A stretch of 64,000 nt of DNA from Octopus vulgaris (lineage: Eukaryota): contig OX597816.1 in NCBI GenBank assembly GCA_951406725.2, forward strand, positions 90,024,001 to 90,088,000, read 5' to 3'. The position numbers were made by a program, and so were the translations under genes. The notes beneath the pieces are model-generated. The model did no database searches. It was not told where the DNA came from and saw nothing but the letters and a program-made list of their open reading frames with translations. Below, piece by piece: positions 26,831 to 39,946 of this stretch. Every line of letters starts with the position of its first letter. The first letter of the stretch is position 1.

Positions 26831-27603
26831 CTATCATTGCCTATATATATATACATATATATAATCATTGTTTAACGCCTGCCTTCCATGATGGCATGGG
26901 TGAGATAGTTTGACAGGAGCTGGCCAGGCAGAAGCCTGTACGAGACTTCTGTAACAGTTTTGGCAGGATTTTTACAGCTGAATGCCCTTCCTAACACCAA
27001 CCACTCAGCAGAGTGGACTTAGTGCTTTTTATGTGGCACAAGCACAAGCGAGGTCAGTTTTGGCTAGGTTTTTACAGTTGAGTGCCAACCACTTTACAGT
27101 GTGGACTGGGTACTTTTAAGTGGTACCTGCATTGACAGAGTCACCAAGAACTTGTAAGACAAAAAAACTTTTTTGAGAGGAGAGGGGGCATTGGAGGAGC
27201 TGGTCTTGTGTCAGACGATGAAAGGTTATAGTGAGACAGAAACAGGTGGTTTGCTGTAGAAGAGGTACAAGATTACCAGCTGAAGAGAGAGAGAGAGAGA
27301 GAAAGGGAGATCGGGAATGAAGACAGAGATAGTTGTGCTGTCGCAAAGGAAATACATGGTTGCCCAACCTGAGGGGAGTGCAGGAGAAGGAGAGAGAGAG
27401 AGTGGGAGACAGCAGGATAGAGATGGTGGCAAAGTGCTGGGCATACATACAAGGGACAGAGTTCAGAGCATAAACGAATGGGAAGGTTACTTAGTCAGAG
27501 AGATCGGGAGAGAGATCGGGAATGAAGACAAACAGGTGTGCTGTTGCAAAAGAAATGCATGGTTACTCAAGCTGAGAGAAGTGCAGGAGAAAGAGAGAGA
27601 GAC

Positions 27604-27776
27604 TGTCTTGGGGAAATTTCGAACCTGGGTTCTCATTCCTAAGTTATTTTTCGATATTATTATTATTACTATTATTATTCAGGTCACTGCCTGGAATCGA
27701 ACTCGGAATCTTAGGGTTAGTAGCCCGCATTCGTAACCTCTACGCCATATGCCCAGCCCACGGGCATATGGCGTAG
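27604..27776 (-). mobile_element. tRNA-headed SINE-like element (3'-truncated copy of the 59132-59402 family) with an inverted head duplication
   Basis: A box TGGCGTAGAGG, B box GAGTTCGATTCC, (AAT)n linker, body GGAATGAGAACCCAGGTTCGAAATTTCCCCAAGACA shared with 59243-59278. Confidence 0.8.
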
Positions 27777-28629
27777 TGTCCCTACCATTAATATATAAGT
27801 GTCATACACTCTACCCTTCATGTGTGTGTGTGTGTGTGTGTGATTTTGTTTTGTTTTTTGTTTGTTTGTTTTTTTCGTTGGCTTTACATGTGTTCGCAGA
27901 CTGTAAACAAAACTATCTCATTATCAAAACAGGTGGTGTCATAGTCGACTGCGAAAGTACGTCTGGGCTTCTTTGTAAACAAAAAGGCCCGTAACTATAT
28001 CCAGGCTATTGTTTGATAGACTAGAGGAATAGGTAAATTTTCGAATATCATCTTACTTGGAAACAGGTGAGAGTTAGCGACACAAAATGAATCTGGCAGT
28101 AGAATATATTATTCAACGAATTCTGTTTTATTCATATAAGCACGAAAAAAATTGATAGTAAAACGATAGCCCTAAATTTCCCTACACAACCCATTTTATC
28201 ACCTTTCCAATCTGCTCCTCTCTTTCTCACTAATTCCTGACACTATCTCTTCTCTTTCTCCTGTCCCTTCCATATTTCCTACCCCAATATCTACTTCGTT
28301 ACTCTCTCCACAACCATCCTCTCACAATAAATTTACTCATCTCTTCATATTTTACCGTCACACCACCCGTCTAGAATAATCGCATCTTTGTCTCTTTCAG
28401 CTGTAAGTAGTTCGTTGACTTGCAAGTTGCAAAACCACCCCATTGCTGGTGTCATGTAAAAAAAAAAATTTTAAGCATCCAGTACACTGTGTAAAGTAGC
28501 TGATGCTAGGAAAGGTATTCAGCCGTTGAAACTCTGTTAAAGCTGACACTGGAACATGACATAATCCTCCGACTCGTCGGTGTATTTCGAACCGTCCAAC
28601 CCATATTAGCATGGAAGAGGAAAATAAAT

Positions 28630-28680
<51 letters not shown>

Positions 28681-28726
28681 GTGTATGTGTGCATGCGTTA
28701 TATATTGTGTGTATGTGTGCATGCGT

Positions 28727-28757
<31 letters not shown>

Positions 28758-29363
28758 TAACTTAGATAGGTAGATAGTGTAAGTATTTTACAACTGTCCG
28801 AAATAACAAAAGAAAACTGCATGGACGAATTTGACAGCAATATTGACAGTTCTGTAAGCATCACGTTTTTGGTGAAACATTTAAGAACTTGCAGACTTAA
28901 GGAAGGAGAAATATAGATAATACAAATCATACAACAAAACTAAATTTATTATTTTTTTAAAAATGACAGAAAATATTTGATTTTTGCTCTCAAGAATCAA
29001 AAAGAAAAGAAAAAAAATAGAACATAATGACTAACCAGAATATCTCGGTGGTAAACTCCTCCTTATATTACTGTGCTTATTTGACGAAAGCTGGCCGATA
29101 TGGTATCACATCGTTTGCAAAAGATAATTAAGTTGGATTAAACGATTAAAAGTAGGTCAGAATAACCAAATGTTATAGGGTAAATAGATCTAAAACAGTA
29201 CTCCATTTTATTGCTAGGTTATAATGCAATCTAGCAAATTAAATGGTTGCTGCTCATCTACAACATTCAGTGCGGAGCTGATGAATAAACCGAATTGTAA
29301 TATCTACGGATAACCAAAATTGATATTAACTATATATTTATTAGAAAAACAGCTGATTTAAAC

Positions 29364-29412
<49 letters not shown>

Positions 29413-29429
29413 TAAATATATACACACAC

Positions 29430-29460
<31 letters not shown>

Positions 29461-29954
29461 TATATATGTATGTATGTTTGTATGTATTATTGTAAAGTGA
29501 CTCATGTGCCTAGATTTTGGTTCCATAGCACTTGTCATTTGATTAGTGTTTTAGCACAAAAATCTTACTCACAGAGCTTCAGTACTATATGTGCGCGTGC
29601 GCGCGTATGTGTATGTACACATACACGATAGGGAATTTCAGGGTAATTCTAGACCTAAGCGGCGTCAATTAAGTTACAGTCTATAATATTGAAGTTATGA
29701 TTTTACTATCCTGAACTAACGAAACGAATGAATAAACACTTCTAAATAAATTATTATATGTACATATTTTCATTTCGACACATTATAATTGTTGGAAACA
29801 ACATATTTTTCATGTAAAAAGAAAATAGTTTCGAAAAGTTTGATTAGTTATTCAAATTTTTCCGGGAGAGGAATTTATCATTTGAGATGTATGTCTGTCC
29901 CGGCAAAAAGTAACTATGAATAAAATGTAAACTTGTTCATTTTGGTCATTCAGG

Positions 29955-30038
29955 ATAGCCAATTATTTTTATACATTCCCCATATCCAATTATTTTTGTA
30001 CATTCCCCATAGCCAATTATTTTTGTACATTCCCCATA
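29955..30038 (+). repeat. 27-bp tandem repeat x3, each unit containing CCAAT
   Basis: ATAGCCAATTATTTTTRTACATTCCCC repeated three times. Confidence 0.9.
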
Positions 30039-32679
30039 ATTGTCAGTTCTAATTGCTACCGCTTTCATCTTTGACTACCTCTATTGAGTTCTGTTTCTTC
30101 TGTTTGCACTTGTTTCAGTCACTGGACTACACCCATGAAGTCTTGTGCTTATTGTATTGCGTATTGCTGAACCGCTAGCTGACGGGGACGTTTGTCTCCC
30201 ACGCCGTTTATCAAGTGGTAGCGGGAAACAAACTCACACACACACGTGTGTATACGATAGGCTTCTTTCAGTTTCTACCTACCAATTCCACTCATAAGGC
30301 TTTGCTCAACCCAGGGCTATAGACGGAGACACTTGCTTGAGGTCCCATGCAGTTGGACTAAATCTGAAACCATGAATGTATGTACTTATATATGTAAATA
30401 CAATGGGCAATAAAAAGGACAACACAAATGGAACAAAGTTTGACAGGCGTGGCTGTGTGGTAAGCAGCTTGCTTCCCAACCACATAGTTCAGTCCCACCA
30501 TGTGATATTTGGGCAAGTGCTTTTTATTATAACCTCGGGCCGACTAAAACCTATTGAGTGGATTTGGTAGAGAGAAACAGAAAGAATGGCCTGTCTATTG
30601 ACTGTAACAAATAAAAGATGGAAAGAGAAATGTCTTGACGTTTTGGTTGTTAGTCTTTCATCAAAAGAAAGTCACAGGGAAGTCATGAGAAAGGGATATA
30701 GATTTCTATAAAAATAGTGAAAACCAAATAGGAATACTGTTCAACAGGTGGGAGACTAAGAAAGGAGGAATGGATGGGTGTGTAGAAGCAAGTATAAGAG
30801 TATATCTTTGTAAGTAGCATAAGAGGGAGTGATGTGTATGTGTGTCTGGGAACAAGATCTTAAATGGTTTGTTGTTATTTTTTTCAACATTTGTTCTTAT
30901 TTGTAGATTTTTATAGGACTTAAGTTTTGAAATTTCTCTACACACACGAAATAAATTTCAATTCCTTCATCCACTAGATGTGTCCTTAAGTGCAAAGTCT
31001 ACATTCGCTTTTGTTATTCATGCTATAATACATATTCATTCACTTTAAACTCCAAATGCATTTTTATTGTATATTTTACTTGTTTCGGTCATTAGACTGC
31101 GGCCATGCTGGGGCACCACTATGAAGAATTTTTAGTCAAATGAATCAGCTTCAATAGTTTTTTTTTTTTTTTTTAAGTCTGGAATTTATTTTATTTGTCT
31201 CTTTTGCCAAACCGCTCAGTTACGAGAACGTAAATACACCAACACCGGTCGTCAAGTGGTAGTGGGGACAAATACACACTCTCTCTCTCACACACACACA
31301 TATATATATATATTTGATGGACAGGCTACTTTTAGTTTCTGTCCATCAAATTCACTCACAAAACTTTGGTCAGTCCGAGACTATAGTGGAAGACACTTGC
31401 CCAAGGCGCCACACAGTGGAACTGAACCCGGAACCATGCGGTTAGGAAGCAAGCATCTTAACACACAGCCATGTCAACTTCTATTGCTTAATTTTTTTAT
31501 TCATGCATATTAGAGTATTTCTTAATGGGTTTGGTGTGGAATTAATATAATTAATACTACTTGGTACTTTGGGTAACAGTACCTGATTGTAGACAATGTT
31601 ACTGATAAAGTCACCTACAAGAGGACACTGCAAGGTTAATCTTAGGGAGTCACTGAGGGCTAAGCCATTATTTTTACCTTTTCCAAATTATTACTAGTAC
31701 TATTCTATTGTTTTCCCCACTTTTTCTTAAAATTTATATTAATGTCACTAGTATTCCGCCAAGGTCGACTTTAACTTCATAATTTTAGGGTCGATAAAAT
31801 GAGTACCAGTTGACCCAGTGCTCAACTGGTACTTCTCTGAACCTGCGCCAAAATTTGAAATCAATATTAATGTCTCTAGTTATGGTGGCAAGCTGCCAGA
31901 ATCGTTAGCACACCAGGAAAAATGCTTAATGGCATTTGCTCCGTCTGAGTTCAAATTCTGCCGAGGTTGACTTGCCTTTCATCCTTTCAGAGTCAATAAG
32001 TACCAGTTGAATCCTGGTATATCTATCTATAATCTACCTACTTACTTATCACTCTCACAAAATTGCTGGCCTTGTACTAAAATTTGAAAATATATTCATG
32101 CCTCTAGTTTTATTTTTGCAATTGTTTCTATTATTGTTTTTAGTGGAATCAAGAATTTCACTAACTGGGGAAGGTTCTATTTTATGTTAGGCTTTGTATG
32201 AGTAAAATTAATATTATTCCTCCCCTAATCTGAATAGTGTTACCTATCCTCAAGAGACTGTGGTGTGGTTCACCAAACCAGTGTTTTCTATACCTTTACT
32301 CTTGTTTCTTTACTACCCACAAGGGGCTAAACACAGAGAAGACAAACGGATTAAGTCGATTACATTGACCTCAGTACGTAACTGGTACTTATTTAATCGA
32401 CCCCGAAAGGATGAAAGGCAAAGTCGACCTCGGCGGAATTTGAACTTAGAACGTAACGGCAGATGAAATACGGCTACGCATTTCGCCCGGCATGCTAACG
32501 ATCCTTTACTCTCAGGTTGAGTGGTTACAGGGATGGTTAGGTCACTATTGGTTTTATTTCAGGTATCATTAGCCTTAGAATAGTAGGACTTTTACTTATG
32601 TCCAGTTTTCACTGGTTTGTAAATAAAATATTAAAGAGATAAATAACAGTGCCGTTTTTGCCTGTAATTAGTTACCCCA

Positions 32680-33740
32680 GTTAAGTTTAGAGATACTGGA
32701 ATAGTACACATTAACTCACTTCTGCACCTTTACCGTCATCAACTGTTTTAAATGCCCTCTTTATGGGGGCCTTATACTTTAACCAAGCCAATTGTCATTT
32801 AGTGGACTAATTTGCCTCCAGAAAAAAAAAAAGTTTTCCGTCACTTCTGCTCAAACTACTCCACACAGTATCTTACTGTATTCGGCTTGGCCTTACAAAA
32901 TGGATCCACATCTAGACTTTGCATGGAACGTTTCATTTTTTCTCTACAAACTTATACACCATTTGGTCTTAACTTACCACCCACTCTCTTGTAACTGCTC
33001 TTCACACTCCACATATCATTACACACATTACACGTACTGCCACTCTCAACCCAGCAAACACCCTCACTTTTTGTACCTGCCTGACACATAGACATACACA
33101 CACAAATACATACATGTATATAGTTATATGCACACTTACATACACTGATCTACTGCCAGGTCCTTGAACAATTCTCTCTCTACCTCATTCCATTTCTTTT
33201 AATTAGTCTTATTCTTTCTTTCTTCTGCATACATACATATTTATTTGCACACACACATGAATGCATTTACAAATAAGTTGACATTAATCTACTTACACTT
33301 TTATATAAAGACTTATGTACATCTTTAAATACATTTTCACATGGGTATAATTATGTATATGCATGTATCTAAATGTGCATGTGCATGTACACACACACTC
33401 ACAATAGATCTTTTTAACCTAACACGCAAACACACACAATACCAATACCTCCTATATAAACATCTTTTAATCGCTAACACTGTCAGAAACACGCACATGC
33501 TGCTTGTAACTTTTATATATACACATACACACTACACATGATCTTCACACATACACATACACCTGCCACACACACACCAATCACTCATTATTGAAAACCA
33601 TAATTACCTTTCACACTTTCATGAAGTCAGAGACTGAACATGAGTTATCCACACAATTTTCTTTTTTCCTGGTTCTCTCCTCTTCCCTGGACTTTTCTCT
33701 GTATCTGACAAAGGATCATGTCCAAAACGTTATACTTTTA
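32680..33740 (+). mobile_element. Penelope-like element 3' remnant: GIY-YIG C-terminus, microsatellite-rich tail, decayed hammerhead
   Basis: ORF 32812-32994 VFRHFCSNYSTQYLTVFGL...RLCMERFIFSLQTYTPFGLN fits the PLE endonuclease end motif (HF...R...E..I..L.T..P.GLN). Confidence 0.7.
33701..33735 (+). ncRNA. Decayed minimal type I hammerhead ribozyme motif
   Basis: GTAT-CTGACAA-A-GGA(tcatg)TCC-AAAA-CGTT-ATAC; stems I and II intact; both core changes are CpG-type G>A. Confidence 0.6.
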
Positions 33741-35050
33741 ATCCATAGATTTTTTTTTCCTTTTTTGTGATTCAGCCTAATATTAACCATGAACAGTCTT
33801 TTGACTTTTGTTATTGATTTACTACAAATCGTAGTCGTGGCCATTGCCAGTGTCATGTAAATGGCACTCATGCCAGTGGCACGTAAAAAGCATCCATTAT
33901 TCTTGGAGTGGTGGCATTAGGAAGGGCATCCAGCCGTAGAATCCATGCCAAGTCAGAACCTGGTCCAGCTCTTGGCTTACCAAGTTTCAAGCAAACCGTC
34001 TAACTCATGCTAGCATGGAAAATGGATGTTAAATGATGATGATATCATTTTAATGTTCATCTTTTCATGCTTGCATGGGTTAAAGTTTACAGGAGGCAGG
34101 TTTTCTACAACTGGATGCCCTTTCTGTCGCCAAACCTCACCTCTTTCCAAGTAGCTAGTACTTACTCATAGACAAACATGTCCTCGCAGAATATTGGAAA
34201 TGAATGCCACTTCTTGTATAACAGTAACAACCATTTTACAACTAACACGTCAAAACAAAGAAACATAAATACATACATGCATTCACATACATACGACGGG
34301 ATCCTTTCAGTTTTTGCATAAATACATACATATATATGTGTGTGTGTATGCATGTATGTATATATATATATAAAGATTAAGGTAGTTTTACTTCTTAATA
34401 TTTATAAGGCAGAATCTATAAGAATCAAATCAACATAGTGAAACATGGAATAAAATAGTACACGTCCTTATAGAATATATAATGTTTTCAATGACTGAAA
34501 TATACAAGTGACTATCTTCCTTTCACTTGTTAGTACCTGCAAAAAATCAGTCATTTTTATTGTAGAAAATACAAAGAGTGACAATTCACAATCACCATTT
34601 AAATAACTTAAATCTTAAACTAGATTTTGATATATCAGTAAGACTCAACTTAAACCCACACAGAACCACATCATGTACAGACAACCTAGATTGCATTCAA
34701 CAAATTAGCTGTGATTCATTCACCAACATGCTGCAATCATTAGCCTAGTTTTCTCTCTCTGCTGTTCTGTTAACATATCTATCTCCACCACCTACCAAGG
34801 ACAACAACCCTTAGGAATTGTATCCCTGCAAGCATTTATCCATAAATGTTAAACCTAACTGCATTATGACTATATAACAGGCTTCTTTCAGTTTCCCTCT
34901 ATCACATCCCCTTACAAGGCATTAGTCGGGCTGGAGCCATAGTAGAAGACACTTGCCGAAGACACCACACAATGAAACTGAACCTGAGACTATGTGGTCA
35001 TGGTTGGAAAGCAAACTTTTTATCACACTTGTGACTCTCCTACTCTGATT

Positions 35051-38000
35051 CATCATCATCATCATCATCGTTTAACGTCCGTTCTCCATGCTAGCATGGG
35101 TTGGACGGTTCGACCAGGGTTCTGGGAAGCCAGAAGGCTGCACCAGGCTCCAGTCTAATCTGGCAATGTTTCTACAGCTGGATGCCCTTCCTAACGCCAA
35201 CCACTCCGTGAGTGTAGTGGGTGCTTTTTACGTGCCACCTGCACAGGTGCCAGCGGGGCTGGCAACGGCCACGGTCAGATTGGTGTATTTTATGTGCCAC
35301 CGGCACGGAAGCCAGTCGAGGCGGTGCTGGCATCGGCCACGAGTCGGATAGTGCTTTTTACGTACCACCAGACCAGGGATCCTGGCTGGTTCAATTCGAT
35401 TTCGATTTCGCTTGCCCCAACATGTCTTCACAAGCAAAGGGGGTTGGCATGGGTGCCTGTCGTACGGTCGCATTGGAGTATTTTACGTGCCACGGCCGCG
35501 AGTCGGATAGTGCTTTTTACGTACCACCAGACCAGGGATCCTGGCTGGTTCAATTCGATTTCGATTTCGCTTGCCCCAACATGTCTTCACAAGCAAAGGG
35601 GGGTTGGCATGGGTGCCTGTCGTACGGTCGCATTGGAGTATTTTACGTGCCACGGCCACGAGTCGGATAGTGCTTTTTACGTACCACCAGGCCAGGGATC
35701 CTGGCTGGTTCAATTCGGTTTCGATTTCGATTGCCCCAACATGTCTTCGCAAGCATGGGGGGTTGGCATGGGTGTCTGTCGTCGGATGAGGTTCTATATC
35801 GACTTCGCTTGCCTCAACCGGTCTTTGTGTCCAAGGGAGGAAAGGCATTCATAAGTGGGCTGGGCTCACTTGTCCTGCCTGGTCTTCTCACGTACAGAAT
35901 ATTTCCAAAGGTCTCAGTCGCTGGTCATTTCCTCAGTGAGGCCTAAAGTTCGAAGGTCGTGCTTCACCACCTCGTCCCAGGTTTTCCTGGGTCTACCTCT
36001 TCCACGGGTTCCCTCAACTGCTAGGGATTGGCACTTTCTCACACACCCATCTTCATCCATTCTCGCCACATGACCATACCAGCGCAATCGTCTCTCTTGC
36101 ACACCACAACTGATGCTTCTTAGGTACATTTCTCTCAAGGTGCTAACGCTCTGTCGAGTATGTACACTGACATTACACATCCATCGGAGCATACTGGCTT
36201 CATTCCTCACGAGCTTACGCATGTCCTCAGCAGTCACGGCCCATGTTTCGCTGCCATGTAGCATGGCTGTTCGTACACACGCATCATACAGTCTGCCTTT
36301 TACTCTGAGCGAGAGGCCTTTAGTCACCAGCAGAGGTAAGAGCTCCCTAAACTTTGCCCAGGCTATTCTTATTCTAGCAGTTACACTTTCAGCGCACCCA
36401 CCCCACTACTGACTTGGTCACCTAGATAACGGAAGCTATCAACTACTTCTAGTTTTTCCCCCTGGAAAGTGACGGAAGTTGTTTTCTGCAGATTTTCGGA
36501 GGTTAATGCTCCCGAGCATCTGCCACATACAAAAACTATCTTCCCAGTTAGCCTACCTTTGACATTGCTGCACCTCTTATGTGTCCATAGCTTACACTGG
36601 GTACATCTTATAGAGTTTCTACCTACACCTTTTCTACAGATCGAGCAGATATTTGTGGATTGTCTACCTTTCTACTTATTAGTACTTTGGTTTTAGCTAG
36701 GTTGACTCTAAGGCCCCTTGATTCTAAACCCTCCTTCCACACCTGGAACTTCTCCTCCAGTTCTGATAGTGACTCAGCAATAAGAGCAAGGTCGTCAGCG
36801 TAGAGGAGCTCCCAGGGACAGCCTGTCTTGAATTCCTCCGTAATTGCCTGGAGTACTATGATAAATAGGAGGGGGCTGAGTACTGAACCCTGGTGGACCC
36901 CAACCTCTACTTTGAATTCTTCTGTGTACATGTTGCCAACCCTAACCTTACTTACGGCATCTCTGTACATGGCTTGCAGTCCTCACCAGCCATTCATCTA
37001 TCCCTAGTTTCCTCATTGACCACCAGATAAGGGATCGGGGGACCCTATCAAAAGCTTTCTCCATGTCAACGAAAGCCAGGTACAGGGGCTTATCTTTGGC
37101 TAGGTATTTCTCCTGCAGCTGCCTTACCAGGAATATAGCATCAGTGGTACTTTTCCTTGGCACGAACCCAAACTGCATCTCATCTAAACTAACTCTCTCT
37201 CTAATTAGTTGGGCTATGACCCTCTCCGTAACCTTCATTACTTGATCCAACAGCTTGATACCTCTGTAATTATTTGTATCTAGGGCATCACCTTTACCTT
37301 TGTAGCAGTTGACTAGTATGCTGCTGCACCAGTCATTGGGTATGACTCCTTCGTGTATCACCTGGTTGACTATACGGGTGACTAGGTTATAGCCGACACT
37401 GCCAGATATTTTGAGCATCTCTGCAGTAATTCCTGATGGGCCTGGGGCTTTCCCTGTCTTCATGCTTCTAATTGCCTTAGCTACCACGGAACTATCAACT
37501 CGGATAGCTGGTCCCTCTGTAGGGTCAACATTCGGCAGACTCTCTTTATCCCATTCATTTTCCTCATTCAGCAACCTTTCATAGTGGCGTCTCCAAGCTT
37601 CTCTCTTTGCATCCTCATTTAGCGCAAGTGAACCATCCTCCATGCGAACACATTTCTCTCCTACCACATCACGATTCTCTCTCACACACTGTCTTGCAAC
37701 ACGAAATACCTCAAGTCTTTCATCCTCACGGCGCAGGACATTGGCAAATTTTCTCTTATCTGCTTCCCCTCTGGCTAGATAGACCTGTCTCCTAGCTTCC
37801 CTTCTGGCAGTCTGATACCCTTCCCTGCTACCACCGTTCTTCCAGGCCTTCCAAGCCTGTTTCTTTTGTCTAATAGCCCTGTCAACAATATTGTTCCACC
37901 ACCACGTTATTTTGGGTCTTAAGGGGACTTTGCACCAGCCACAGATCTGGTCAGCGGCTTTCAGCAGGTTGTCCCTCAGAAACGTCCAGTTGTCTTCTAC

Positions 38001-38720
38001 CCCATGTGTAGCTATACCCCCTTCCACTTCGTCAAAGGCTTCAAGTAACATATCTCTAAATCTCTGTCCATTCGCAGGGTCTTTAAGCTTCCAGACCCTT
38101 CTTCTCTATGTTGGTCGTCTTCTAGTCGCCCTCTTAGTCCTGATCCTAAAGTCACTAACTACCAGTCTATGTTGTGGGGTGCATTCTTCGCCTGGGAAGG
38201 TTTTGGCATTTATAAGCAGCCATCTTTCCCTTTTTCTGGCAAGGATTAGTCGATTTGGCTAGTATGCCGGCCCGATCGGTAGGTGACCAGGTGGCTTGTT
38301 GGTTTCCTGAAGTTAGTGTTGCAGACCATAAGACTATTCGCATCACAGAACTCCAGCAGCCTGGTTCCCCCTCGTTGCGGGAACCATAACCGTAGCCTCC
38401 ATGTACGCCATGGAAGCCCCCAGCATGTCGTCCAACATGCCCATTGAAATCACCAGCCACAAAGAGAAGGTCCCTGTCGTTCGTCAATGAGGTGGTCTGC
38501 AGTAGGGTGTCATAGAAACTGTCTTTCTGTCCATCGGGTAGCCCTGGCTGAGGGGCATAGGCCGATATAATGGTTGCTAATCTATTATGAAGCACTATTC
38601 TAATCTTAAGTATTCTGTCACTTACTCTGATTACCTCAATTACTCTATCTATCCATTTCTCAGCGATAAGTATACCCACGCCACCAACCCCGTCAGTGTT
38701 CCCTGCCCAGAAAATCTTGT
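35051..38720 (-). mobile_element. Young 5'-truncated RTE-clade LINE (APE endonuclease + RT), frameshifted
   Basis: ORF pieces 38167-38679 (SAYAPQ, GDFNGHVG), 36948-38051 (KAPGPSG, NYRGIKLL, QFGF, FVDMEKAFDRV), 36623-36970 (GVHQGSVLSPLLF, LLYADD), 35914-36327 (LHGSETW, RLRWYGHV, RGRPRKTW); (GAT)n tail at 35051-35069. Confidence 0.95.
35335..35783. repeat. 159-160-bp tandem repeat (about 2.8 copies) in the RTE 3' UTR
   Basis: Units start at 35335, 35494 and 35654 and are nearly identical. Confidence 0.92.
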
Positions 38721-39689
38721 TTAATAAATTTAAAAGATTTTTAAAAATTCATTTCTTACTAACTTCATCCATTGTATATGCAAGAAATTTCAGTTAAGAA
38801 ATTAAATTATTCAACAATAAGACCCAGAATGATATAATAAAATTTATTATCATTAAAAAGAAGGAAAATCTTCCATAAGCACACAAGTCAAAGCTCACAG
38901 AGCTGAATATTTTAAATGACAACCCTATACATTAAAGAGATTGAAAGAATCAACAGCAGATGAGACATGGCAAAACTAAGTTTGTCAACACACACGCACT
39001 AAAAAAAAAGCAATAAATACAATTTCATTACATTTAAATGTTATTCCCAATTTATGAATTTTATAATGAATTTCAAATAATATATTTTAACACTTCATTT
39101 AGAAATTAATATATACACAGTCAACACAAATGATTAACATGAGTAGCCTAAGACTATGGACTGCCAAAATATAGATTGATTTTAATATGTGGATAATGGA
39201 AGATGTTATCTCTATGTTTTTCACTTAAGTCATGCAAAGCTAGTACGATGAGTAGAACTGCAAGGTCGGAGAGGAATGAACTAAGTACAGTCAGTAGAAT
39301 GCACAATGTTTAAATTATGGGGGGAAAAAATTCAGCACAAGTTGAGAAAGCAGCTGGGCATGAAAGGCACTGTCCAATGCATGCAGGGAAAAGTGCATTC
39401 ATTGGTATAAATATGTAATATGCAAATGGAAGACGTGCTGGGTGCAGGAGCAGGGAATATGGTAAAAGTATTATTAAGGAAGACTTGGGAAGTAGCTGCT
39501 AAGTCTTGCATGAGAAATGCAAGCCTTCACACACTGGGGGATGATGCAGGATTTAAGACAAAAACATTGCAAACCAATCCAATCCATACTTGCAAGAGAA
39601 AGTTGTTTCGTTAAATTCAGCTAATACATAATTCCTCAAACCATCCTATCTTTGCTAAGAATTCTCTATTTCTCTTACTACACTCTTTT

Positions 39690-39913
39690 TTCTTTACTTG
39701 TTTCAGTCATTTGACTGTGGCCATGCTGGAGCACCACCTTTAGTCGAGCAAATTGACCCCAGGACTTATTCTTTGTAAGCCTAGTACTTATTCTATCGGT
39801 CTCTTTTGCCGAACTGCTAAGTTACGGGGTTGTAAACACACCAGCATCGGTTGTCAAGCGATGTTGGGGGGACAAACACAGACAAGCACACACACATATA
39901 TATATTTTTATAA

Positions 39914-39946
<33 letters not shown>

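Noticed and set aside
27116-27736. ORFs of 72-139 aa
   Set aside because: GA-rich repeat and SINE-derived low-complexity sequence
28668-28735. 30-bp duplication between (TA)n runs; similar short duplications at 9890-9948 and 62770-62812
   Set aside because: Ordinary slippage or possible assembly artefact
35088-36073. Cluster of plus-strand ORFs up to 186 aa
   Set aside because: By-products of the GC-richer tandem repeat and antisense RTE sequence
39240-39620. GC-richer unique stretch with small hairpins and a 64-aa ORF
   Set aside because: No recognisable RNA or protein motif; the hairpins are short enough to occur by chance
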